Assembly (NCBI GenBank): GCA_965140585.1
Contig: OZ223267.1
Location: forward strand, 448,001 to 512,000
DNA length: 64,000 nucleotides
DNA from: Spirochaetia bacterium
GTDB lineage: Bacteria > Spirochaetota > Spirochaetia > UBA9216
Direction of reading: 5' to 3'
In this document: positions 52,435-60,506 of the stretch, piece by piece
Layout: the number at the start of each line of letters is the position of its first letter
How positions within the stretch are numbered: position 1 is the stretch's first letter
Notes under the pieces: generated by a model
The model's input: only the letters and a program-made list of their open reading frames with translations
Databases searched by the model: none
Told to the model about the DNA's origin: nothing
Translations under genes and position numbers: made by a program

Positions 52435-54015
52435 ATGGGTATTGGAACATATGAACAGTACAAAGAACGACTTCTCAAGATGAAGCCAAATGTATATTTA
52501 CATGGTGAGAAAGTAGACAGATCAGGCGATTGGATTGACGGCGGAACATACGTTATGAAGCAGACCTATGACTGCGCTAACGATCCTGACTACGAAGATC
52601 TCTGTACTGCTACTTCACATCTTACAGGTGAAAAAATCAGCCGATGGACTCACATTCACAGAACCCAGGATGACCTTTTTAAAAAGCAGCTCATGACCAG
52701 GATTATGTGTCACAGAGTTGGCGGATGTACACAGAGATGTATGGGTACAGATGCTCTCAACGCTCTTGCTGTTGTTACCTATGATATGGATCAGGCTTGC
52801 GGAACTAAGTACCACGAGAGATTCAACAAGTACCTTGAGTACTCACAGAAGAACGACCTTGTTGCCAACTGTGCTCAGACTGATGTTAAGGGTTCAAGAA
52901 ATCCGAAATACAAGAGAGCTCACATGCAGCCGGATCCTGACCAGTTCGTACACGTTGTAGAAACAAACGTAGATGGTATCGGTCTTGACGGAAAGCCCTG
53001 TAAGGGTATGATCGTTCGCGGTGCAAAGATTTGTAACTCAAACGCTCCTTATGTTGATGAAATCATCGTTACTCCTACCAAGTTCATGGGTTCAGGTGAC
53101 GAAGCATACGCTTGTGCATTTGCTCTTCCTGCCGACTGGCCCGGCGTTAAGCTCATGGCTCTTCCCGGAAAGCATCACAAGAGAAAGCATATCGAAGCTC
53201 CTTTTGCACTCGTAGGTGATGTTGAATCACTCACAATCTTCGATGATACTTTCGTACCTGAAGACAGAATCTTCATGAACGGTCTTGATCAGCCGGATGT
53301 TCTTCAGTATGCAGGTTACCTTGCCCTGATGTTCGCTCACTTCCACAGACACTCATACACCGGTTGTAAGACTGCTGTATCAGAAGTTATTGCAGCACAG
53401 GCAGCACTTGTTGCAGACGTTAACGACATTGCTAAAGAGCACCACGTAAGAGAGAAGATCTCTGACATCGTTGGTACTGCAGAGCTTGTTTTCGCAGCAG
53501 GTCAGGCAGCAGCTCTCAGAGCTGTTCAGTTCCCCAACGGTTCATGGGTACCTGATGAGGTTCTTACCAACGCTGGTAGAAAGCTTGCAGGTCAGAAGAT
53601 TTACCACGAGTACGAAACTCTTGCAGACCTTACAGGCGGTATTTCTGCATCACTTCCTACAGAAGAATCATTCTATGATCCTGAAACTGCAGAACTCTGT
53701 AACAAGTACATCATGAGAAATCCTGCTTACACAGCAGAAGAAACTCACAGAGTTATGAGAATGATGGAGAACAAGCTTTGTGACGCTTTCGAAGGTGCAC
53801 AGGCTGTAGCCGGTGTTCACGGCGGTGGTTCACCTCTTATGGAAACTATCGTTATGATGGCAAGATACGATCTCGAAGCTCTTAAAGATATTGCAAAATA
53901 CCTTGCAGGTTTCGAAGGCTACGAGAAGTGCCCGAGATACGAAAGAGCAACTGCTACACCAAGAGCTATGCTTGACAGATTCAGAAAAACTGAAATGGGA
54001 AAGAAAGAAGCGTAA
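52435..54015 (+). CDS. 4-hydroxybutyryl-CoA dehydratase (AbfD)-like FAD/[4Fe-4S] protein (HpaB/AbfD family)
   Basis: GGCTQRCMGTD, AQTDVKG.R, VRGAK, HRHSYTGCK, HGGGSP; Cys3-His cluster ligands retained. Confidence 0.8.
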   Translation: MGIGTYEQYKERLLKMKPNVYLHGEKVDRSGDWIDGGTYVMKQTYDCANDPDYEDLCTATSHLTGEKISRWTHIHRTQDDLFKKQLMTRIMCHRVGGCTQRCMGTDALNALAVVTYDMDQACGTKYHERFNKYLEYSQKNDLVANCAQTDVKGSRNPKYKRAHMQPDPDQFVHVVETNVDGIGLDGKPCKGMIVRGAKICNSNAPYVDEIIVTPTKFMGSGDEAYACAFALPADWPGVKLMALPGKHHKRKHIEAPFALVGDVESLTIFDDTFVPEDRIFMNGLDQPDVLQYAGYLALMFAHFHRHSYTGCKTAVSEVIAAQAALVADVNDIAKEHHVREKISDIVGTAELVFAAGQAAALRAVQFPNGSWVPDEVLTNAGRKLAGQKIYHEYETLADLTGGISASLPTEESFYDPETAELCNKYIMRNPAYTAEETHRVMRMMENKLCDAFEGAQAVAGVHGGGSPLMETIVMMARYDLEALKDIAKYLAGFEGYEKCPRYERATATPRAMLDRFRKTEMGKKEA

Positions 54016-54037
54016 GTTTACTTTCCTGACTATATAC

Positions 54038-54074
54038 AAAGGCCCTGTGAAGTTCTGCTTTGCGGGGCTTTTTT
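54038..54074. terminator. Bidirectional terminator between convergent genes
   Basis: aaaggccctgtgaag / ctttgcggggcttttt. Confidence 0.65.
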
Positions 54075-54780
54075 ATTCATCATATATTGAGACTATACCA
54101 TTAATGGTTTTTTTAAGGGATTCCTGAAAGGTGCTGACTGCGCCTTTGGTATCCTTTTCTTTTATGTTTTTCACAAGTTCGAGGGTGTTCTTGTACAGCT
54201 GCTCATTTCCATGCAGGGTAAAATACTTTTCCCACAACATGGTAGAGAGCTCCTTGAAAGAGTAGAAGATGACCGGAAGCATTGTGTTGCCTGAAAGAAT
54301 ACAGAGTTCCTGATGGAATATGAAAATTGTTTCAGCAGAGTTTTCAGGGGTTCTGGATTTTCCAAAATTATCCGCCAGCTGCATCAGCACTCCTATATCA
54401 GATTCTGATACCGCAGGTACAAGCAGCTCAAGCGCCAGTGTCTCGAAGACCAGCCTGATCTCGAGAAGTGATTTCATTTCAGTTTTTTTCAGATTGCCGC
54501 CGTTGTACCGCAGAATGGCCATCAGAGTTTCAACAGTTCCCCGCCTGTGGTAGTCAGCTACAAATGCTCCGATTCTCGGCTTTATTTCAACAAAGCCGAT
54601 TCCGGCGAGTTCTGTAAGTCCTGAATTAACTACGGCGCGGCTGACGCCCATTTTCTCAGCCAGTTCTCTCTCAGGGGGAAGTCTGTCGCCTATACTTAGT
54701 TTTCCTGAAATTATCATATTCTCAATTTCTCTTACAAAAAGATCCTTTAATGAAGGGGAGGATAGTCTTGAAAACTCCAT
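54073..54780 (-). CDS. GntR/FadR-family regulator
   Basis: GDRLPPERELAEKMGVSR, EIRL..E, FH......SGN; AAGGAG RBS before ATG 54780. Confidence 0.9.
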   Translation of the reverse strand: MEFSRLSSPSLKDLFVREIENMIISGKLSIGDRLPPERELAEKMGVSRAVVNSGLTELAGIGFVEIKPRIGAFVADYHRRGTVETLMAILRYNGGNLKKTEMKSLLEIRLVFETLALELLVPAVSESDIGVLMQLADNFGKSRTPENSAETIFIFHQELCILSGNTMLPVIFYSFKELSTMLWEKYFTLHGNEQLYKNTLELVKNIKEKDTKGAVSTFQESLKKTINGIVSIYDE

Positions 54781-54796
54781 AAAAATGCTCCTTGTA

Positions 54797-54809
54797 CTGG
54801 TACAACCAG
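54797..54809. promoter_or_regulatory. FadR-type operator CTGGTACAACCAG
   Basis: TGGT-N3-ACCA palindrome just upstream of gntR. Confidence 0.65.
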
Positions 54810-54890
54810 AAACCAAAAAATAATTATATTATGTAAAAATCTATAAATCAATATATTTAAACAAAATAAAATTCTATAGATAAATATTTA

Positions 54891-54919
54891 TTGACAATAC
54901 CAGAATGTAGATTTAGACT
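54891..54919 (+). promoter_or_regulatory. sigma70 promoter of the hypB/hypA operon
   Basis: TTGACA-17 bp-TAGACT. Confidence 0.6.
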
Positions 54920-54945
54920 GGATCTGTCAAATAAGGAGTCGAAAA

Positions 54946-55620
54946 ATGAATATTACCTTCTCTATGCTGCTGACTGCAGCATTCACAGCGGGAATACTGC
55001 ATACTCTGACAGGTCCCGATCATTACATCCCGTTTATTGTCCTATCAAGTTCCGGAAACTGGTCTATGAAGAAAACGCTCGGCATGACTTTAATCTGTGG
55101 ACTGGGGCACATTCTTTCAGCAGTCCTCGTTGCATATGGAGCACTGAAAATCAGTTCAATCATGCTAAGCCTTGAAACGATTGAAGCAATCCGAGGCGGT
55201 TTTGCAGCCTGGGCATTGACTGTCTTCGGGTTTACCTATGCGCTTTGGGGACTTAGAAAGATTATATCAGGAAGAAAAGCTGTGAAGGAACATACTGAGA
55301 ATGTTGGACAAAACAGCAATTATGGTAAAAAGCAGTCTGTACTTGGCTGGACGCTTTTTCTAATCTTTGTCTTCGGGCCCTGTGAACCTCTCATTCCCTT
55401 CATCCTTTTTCCGGAAACTTCAGTATCAGTCAATCAGATTATTGCTGTAACTTCAGTTTTCGGTGCAGCAACCCTGCTCACAATGCTTACAGTAGTAACA
55501 TTTGCAACAGCAGGTTTAAAAAGATTTCCGCTGCATAATTTTTTCAGCCGCTTCGGACATACTCTTGCCGGCAGTATTGTAGGCTGCTGCGGACTTGCTA
55601 TGACCTTTCTTGGACTTTAG
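54946..55620 (+). CDS. UreH/NiCoT-like (DsbD_2/TauE-like) putative nickel permease
   Basis: LHTLTGPDHY, GLGH, GPCEP; about 6 TM helices. Confidence 0.7.
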   Translation: MNITFSMLLTAAFTAGILHTLTGPDHYIPFIVLSSSGNWSMKKTLGMTLICGLGHILSAVLVAYGALKISSIMLSLETIEAIRGGFAAWALTVFGFTYALWGLRKIISGRKAVKEHTENVGQNSNYGKKQSVLGWTLFLIFVFGPCEPLIPFILFPETSVSVNQIIAVTSVFGAATLLTMLTVVTFATAGLKRFPLHNFFSRFGHTLAGSIVGCCGLAMTFLGL

Positions 55621-55641
55621 TAAGGCTTAAGGAGTACGACA

Positions 55642-56313
55642 ATGGATAAATACAAGGTTATAGAAATAAAAAAAAATGTTTTTGAAAGCAACGATAATGA
55701 AGCTGCAAAGCTCAGAGCAGGTCTAAAAAAAGACGGGGTTTTCCTTCTTAACCTGATGTCTTCACCTGGATCCGGAAAAACTACTACAGTGATGCAGACA
55801 ATAGAAAAACTAAGAGCCAGTTTGAATATTCGCGTACTGGAGGCTGACCTTGATTCTGATGTTGATGCTGCAACTGTTCACAGTTCAGGGGTCAAGGTTC
55901 TTCAGCTTCATTCAGGCGGAATGTGTCATTTGAATGCAGATATGGTCAGACAGGGGCTGACTGAACTGGGCACAGAGGATACAGACCTTGTTATCCTGGA
56001 GAATATTGGAAATCTGATATGTACTGCAGAGTTTGATACAGGAGCCGCAAAAAACGCAATGATACTCAGTGTGCCGGAAGGTGATGACAAGCCGCTGAAA
56101 TATCCAGCGATGTTCAGAATGACTGATGTTCTTATAGTTAACAAGATTGATGCAATGGAATTCTTTGATTTTAATCTTGAGCGGCTTGAAGGATATGTGA
56201 GGAAACTGAATCAGGATGTGAAGATATTTCCCGTATCCGCGAAGACGGGTGAAGGCATTGATGCCTGGACTGCCTGGCTAAAAAATGAAGTTGAACTTTG
56301 GAGGAAATCCTGA
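55642..56313 (+). CDS. hypB: Nickel-insertion GTPase HypB
   Basis: SSPGSGKTT, GGMCHL, ENIGNLIC, SVPEGDDKPLKYP, NKID, SAKTGEG. Confidence 0.93.
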   Translation: MDKYKVIEIKKNVFESNDNEAAKLRAGLKKDGVFLLNLMSSPGSGKTTTVMQTIEKLRASLNIRVLEADLDSDVDAATVHSSGVKVLQLHSGGMCHLNADMVRQGLTELGTEDTDLVILENIGNLICTAEFDTGAAKNAMILSVPEGDDKPLKYPAMFRMTDVLIVNKIDAMEFFDFNLERLEGYVRKLNQDVKIFPVSAKTGEGIDAWTAWLKNEVELWRKS

Positions 56314-59003
56314 TGGACTACAGAGAAAAGATTCTCGATCTTGCAAATCATATAAACAGAACAAAGAAAGGCTCTTCAAGGGCAATTAAACCAGGAGATC
56401 CTGAATACATGATTCTGGAACCTGTTGTTACTGATGACATGGCTGAGGCTGCTATGTGCCTTGAGCTGCGGAAACCTAAAAGTGCAGTCGAAGTTGCATT
56501 GCTCTGCGGCAGGGATTCTGCTGATACTTCATCACTGCTTTGGGAACTTGCAATGGCCGGAGTCTGTTTTGTAAATGAAATAGACGGCATTGACAAGTAC
56601 TGGCTTGAAACCTGGATTCCGGGTGTCATGGAAATGATGACCAACAATAAAGAGAATGTCGCCAGATTTCCGCAGATAGCTGAAGCTTTCGAGGCTTACG
56701 GCCGGGTTCGCGGGCCTCAGTCGGCAGGAAATTTTCCGGTTGGTGTAGGTCTAATGCGGGTTATTCCAATCGAACGCTCTATTGAAGGTGAGACTCGCAA
56801 GGCCTCCTATGAGGAAGTTTCGAAATACCTGAATGAAAACGACCGCTTTTCGGTTTCCGACTGTGCCTGCCGTACAGCCCGTGAGGCAATGGGTGAAGGC
56901 TGCGGCCATCTGAAAGAGGACATGTGCATACAGATGGGACATGCAGCGGAGTACTACATTCGAACTGGCCGTGGCCGTGAGATAGATCGCAACGAAGCCT
57001 TCGAAATCATCAAAAGGGCTGAAGATAATGGACTGATGCACCAGATACCCAATACCGACGGCTCGGGTAACACGCATGCTATATGCAACTGCTGCGGCTG
57101 CTCCTGTCTTTCTCTAAGAACAGCAGAGATGTTTATCAACAACGATATGGTCCGTTCAAATTATGTATCTGATGTAGATATTGATAACTGTGTGGCCTGC
57201 GGAGAATGTGTTGAAGTCTGTCCGGTAAATGCGCTTCAGCTTGGTCATAAACTCTGTTCTGAGACACCCCAGAACATCCCGGTACGTGAAACCCCCGAGG
57301 TCACAGAATGGGGACCTGAAAAGTGGAATCCTGATTACCGCATAAACAGGCAGGTCGTTCTTGAATCGGGAACCAGTCCCTGCAAGGCTGAATGCCCTGC
57401 GCATATCGGTATTCAGGGATATGTGAAGCTGGCTTCACAGGGTAAGTATACAGAGGCTCTGGAGCTAATAAAAACCGAGAATCCCTTTCCTGCTGTCTGC
57501 GGCCGTATCTGTCCTCGAAAATGCGAATCTGCGTGTACCAGGGGAGATATAGATGACCCAATTGCGATTGATGATATTAAGAAGTATATTGCCGAGAAGG
57601 ACCTTCATGCAGAAAGCAGATTTATTCCCCGAAAGCGCCACGACTATGGTAAGAAAATTGCTGTTATAGGCTCCGGTCCGGCAGGGCTTTCCTGTGCTTA
57701 CTACCTTGCGGTAGACGGTTACAAAGTTACTGTTTTTGAAAAAAACAGCAGACCCGGCGGAATGCTCACAACAGGTATTCCCTCATTCAGGCTCGAAAAG
57801 GATGTGGTAAGCGCTGAAATAGAAATTATTAAAGAACTCGGCGTAGAAATCCGCTGCGGGGTGGATGTCGGAAAAGACGTTTCAATTGCCGGACTTAGAA
57901 AAGATGGATTTGAAGCCTTCTATCTTGCAATCGGTGCACAGTCGGGAAGAGTCCTTGGAATTGAAGGTGAGGACGCTGAAGGTGTCATTACCGGAGTTGA
58001 TTTTCTGCTGAATGTGAGCTGTGGGACTCTGAATGATTTCACAGGCAGAACCGTTGTAATAGGCGGCGGCAATGTTGCAATTGATGTAGCCCGGACTGCT
58101 GTGAGGTCAGGGGCTGATAAAACCAAAATGTTCTGCCTTGAAAGCAGGGACCAGATGCCGGCGCTTGAAGAAGAAGTTGATGAGGCGCTTTCTGAAGGAA
58201 TAGAAATTAACAATTCCTGGGGCCCGAAACGAATAATAACCGAAAACGGAAAAGTGAAGGCTGTTGAGTTTCGAAAGTGCATATCGGTGTTTAATTCCGA
58301 TGGAAGGTTTTCACCTGTATACGACGAATCGAATACTCTTGCTGTTGAAGCTGATAATGTTCTGATTTCTGTAGGACAGGCAATTTACTGGGGGAATCTG
58401 CTTGATGGTTCCGGTGTAAAACTGAATACCAACAATACCGTGATTGCTGATCCGGAAACATGGCAGACGGGTGAGGCTGATATTTTTGCCGGAGGCGATG
58501 CCGTAACTGGACCAAAATTTGCTATTGATGCAATTGCGTTAGGCAAGGAGGGCGCTGTTTCCATCCACCGCTACGTACAGGCGGGGCAGAGTCTTGTTTA
58601 TGGACGAACTAAACGCAACTATAAACCTCTTGATAAGGAAAACCTCATCCTTGCAGGATTCGACAGAATGCCAAGGCAGAGCACATCTCATGTGAGCGGA
58701 GATGATTCGAAAAACACCTTCAGAGATCTGCGGGAAACCTTTACCGAAGAACAGGTCATCAAAGAAACTGAACGCTGTCTTGGCTGCGGGGCAGTTGTTG
58801 TTGATAAATATATGTGTGTCGGCTGCGGAGCCTGTACTCTGAAGTGCCGCTTTGATGCAATAAAACTCGAAAGAAAATACGACGCTGAAGGCCTTGTACT
58901 TACAGATATAAGACCTGCTGTTATGAAGCAGATGGTGAAGCGGAAGCTGAAAATAGCTGTTAACAAACCGATCAAGGCTGTTAAGTCGGCTCTGGGCGGG
59001 TGA
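56313..59003 (+). CDS. Multi-[4Fe-4S] NAD(P)/FAD oxidoreductase (GltD/SudA-like core with Cys-rich N-terminal domain)
   Basis: CACR, CGHL...C, ICNCCGCSC; CVACGECVEVCP; SPCKAECP...CGRICPRKCE; GSGPAG; GGGNVAID; CVGCGACTLKC; TGATG coupling to hypB. Confidence 0.88.
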   Translation: MDYREKILDLANHINRTKKGSSRAIKPGDPEYMILEPVVTDDMAEAAMCLELRKPKSAVEVALLCGRDSADTSSLLWELAMAGVCFVNEIDGIDKYWLETWIPGVMEMMTNNKENVARFPQIAEAFEAYGRVRGPQSAGNFPVGVGLMRVIPIERSIEGETRKASYEEVSKYLNENDRFSVSDCACRTAREAMGEGCGHLKEDMCIQMGHAAEYYIRTGRGREIDRNEAFEIIKRAEDNGLMHQIPNTDGSGNTHAICNCCGCSCLSLRTAEMFINNDMVRSNYVSDVDIDNCVACGECVEVCPVNALQLGHKLCSETPQNIPVRETPEVTEWGPEKWNPDYRINRQVVLESGTSPCKAECPAHIGIQGYVKLASQGKYTEALELIKTENPFPAVCGRICPRKCESACTRGDIDDPIAIDDIKKYIAEKDLHAESRFIPRKRHDYGKKIAVIGSGPAGLSCAYYLAVDGYKVTVFEKNSRPGGMLTTGIPSFRLEKDVVSAEIEIIKELGVEIRCGVDVGKDVSIAGLRKDGFEAFYLAIGAQSGRVLGIEGEDAEGVITGVDFLLNVSCGTLNDFTGRTVVIGGGNVAIDVARTAVRSGADKTKMFCLESRDQMPALEEEVDEALSEGIEINNSWGPKRIITENGKVKAVEFRKCISVFNSDGRFSPVYDESNTLAVEADNVLISVGQAIYWGNLLDGSGVKLNTNNTVIADPETWQTGEADIFAGGDAVTGPKFAIDAIALGKEGAVSIHRYVQAGQSLVYGRTKRNYKPLDKENLILAGFDRMPRQSTSHVSGDDSKNTFRDLRETFTEEQVIKETERCLGCGAVVVDKYMCVGCGACTLKCRFDAIKLERKYDAEGLVLTDIRPAVMKQMVKRKLKIAVNKPIKAVKSALGG

Positions 59004-59007
59004 TGCT

Positions 59008-59349
59008 TTGCACGAACTTGGAGTTGTAATCGAAGTGATTAAAACCGTTGAGGAAATTGCAGCGGAAAACGGGGTAAGCAGTATTGAGTCAATGGTTCTT
59101 CAGATAGGAGAACTTTCATCAATAATTCCCCGTTATGTGGAGGATTGCTACCCCGCAGCCGCCGACGGAACACTTCTCGAGAATACCAGGCTTGAAATTG
59201 AGATACTTCCCGGAAACGGGCTCTGCCGCGGCTGCGGTAAGGTATTCAACCTTGCAGCAGAGAAACACGTTTGTCCATCCTGTTCGGCTTCGGATTTTGA
59301 AATCCTCGGCGGAAAGGAATTTATGATCAAAGAAATTGTCGCCTGTTAG
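59008..59349 (+). CDS. hypA: Nickel metallochaperone HypA
   Basis: MHE Ni motif, IGELS, CRGC and CPSC Zn finger, GKEF.IKEI. Confidence 0.92.
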   Translation: MHELGVVIEVIKTVEEIAAENGVSSIESMVLQIGELSSIIPRYVEDCYPAAADGTLLENTRLEIEILPGNGLCRGCGKVFNLAAEKHVCPSCSASDFEILGGKEFMIKEIVAC

Positions 59350-59383
59350 GCCGGCATGAAAATCTATTTATATGGAGTAATAG

Positions 59384-60385
59384 ATGTTTACTTTTAATAC
59401 TGCCGCCGGTGCAAGTATCGCGTCGGCCTGGGGAATGTGGATAGTTGTATTCGCGGCCCTGTTTATTCTTAATGAACTTGCACGCAGGTGGAAGGCTGCG
59501 GGATTCACTGCCTTTGTAGTTCTGCCTGCAGTACTCACTGTTTTGTGGTTTACAGTTATGAGTGATACCACATATACCGACTGGTTTCACCTTGCAAAGG
59601 TGTACTCATCAACTGCCGGCTGTATTGGCTTCTGGCTGATACGTCACCTAAAAGGAACAAACAAACTTACAGGCAGGCAATGGAGACTTTCAGACAAGAA
59701 ACTCGCTCTGATATTTCCTCCGCTCATCCTCGCCATCAATATTCTTGAAGCATGTGTACGGGATTTTCAGATTGGTCTTCAGTACACCGGTGGAGGAATA
59801 ACTGCCGATGAGGGAGTTTATGTTCTTGGCGGTATATGGAATTATATGAACGGAATTGCAGGACTCCTTAATATTATAGCTATCACAGGATGGTTTGGTA
59901 TTGTAATCAGGCGACAGACAGACCGGGATAAAAGCCGCGACATGCTCTGGCCTGATATGCTCTGGTTCTGGATCATTGCCTATGATATCTGGAATTTCAC
60001 CTACACATACAACTGTCTGCCTCATCACGCATGGTACTGTGGATTTGCTTTACTGCTTGCACCTACACTTTGTGCTTTCACAGTTGGAAAGGGCGCCTGG
60101 CTTCAGCATCGTGCTCAGACTCTGGCTCTCTGGTGCATGTTCGCACAGACCTTTCCGGCATTCCAGGATGAGGGTATGTTTGCTGTTACCTCTACCTACA
60201 AGCCGGGGCTGTATATGTTCTGGGGAGTTCTTTCGCTTGCAGTTAACATTGCAGTAATTGTTTATATGCTTATCAGGGTTAAGAAAACCGGACGCAATCC
60301 ATACAAAGGTGAATTGTACACCGATAACCCCAAGTATCTTGAAGTTAAGGCGCTTGCAGAAGAACCGGCAGGTGCGGCTTTATAA
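59384..60385 (+). CDS. Polytopic membrane protein (DUF5692-like)
   Basis: About 8 TM; WFHLAKVYS, PPLILAINILEA..RDF, WPDM...WIIAYDIWN, WLQHRAQTL. Confidence 0.7.
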   Translation: MFTFNTAAGASIASAWGMWIVVFAALFILNELARRWKAAGFTAFVVLPAVLTVLWFTVMSDTTYTDWFHLAKVYSSTAGCIGFWLIRHLKGTNKLTGRQWRLSDKKLALIFPPLILAINILEACVRDFQIGLQYTGGGITADEGVYVLGGIWNYMNGIAGLLNIIAITGWFGIVIRRQTDRDKSRDMLWPDMLWFWIIAYDIWNFTYTYNCLPHHAWYCGFALLLAPTLCAFTVGKGAWLQHRAQTLALWCMFAQTFPAFQDEGMFAVTSTYKPGLYMFWGVLSLAVNIAVIVYMLIRVKKTGRNPYKGELYTDNPKYLEVKALAEEPAGAAL

Positions 60386-60416
60386 GCTGGAGCAAATTAA
60401 TATATTGTGATTTACC

Positions 60417-60439
60417 ACCGCGTCTTCGGGCGCGGTTTT
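60417..60439 (+). terminator. Terminator with cUUCGg tetraloop closing the hyp operon
   Basis: accgcgtc-ttcg-ggcgcggt-ttt. Confidence 0.75.
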
Positions 60440-60506
60440 ATACTATTTACTAAACTTTTATTTCCTTGCATTAAGCCTGACGACACCTTAGACTTATACT
60501 TATCGT

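Noticed and set aside
52435-54015. 4-hydroxyphenylacetate 3-monooxygenase call
   Set aside because: Retained Fe-S ligands, no flavin reductase partner and an anaerobic gene context favour an AbfD-type enzyme
55642-59349. Calling the hyp cluster a [NiFe]-hydrogenase operon or the flavoprotein a glutamate synthase
   Set aside because: No large-subunit RxCGxC/DPCxxC motifs, no hypCDEF and no gltB in the window
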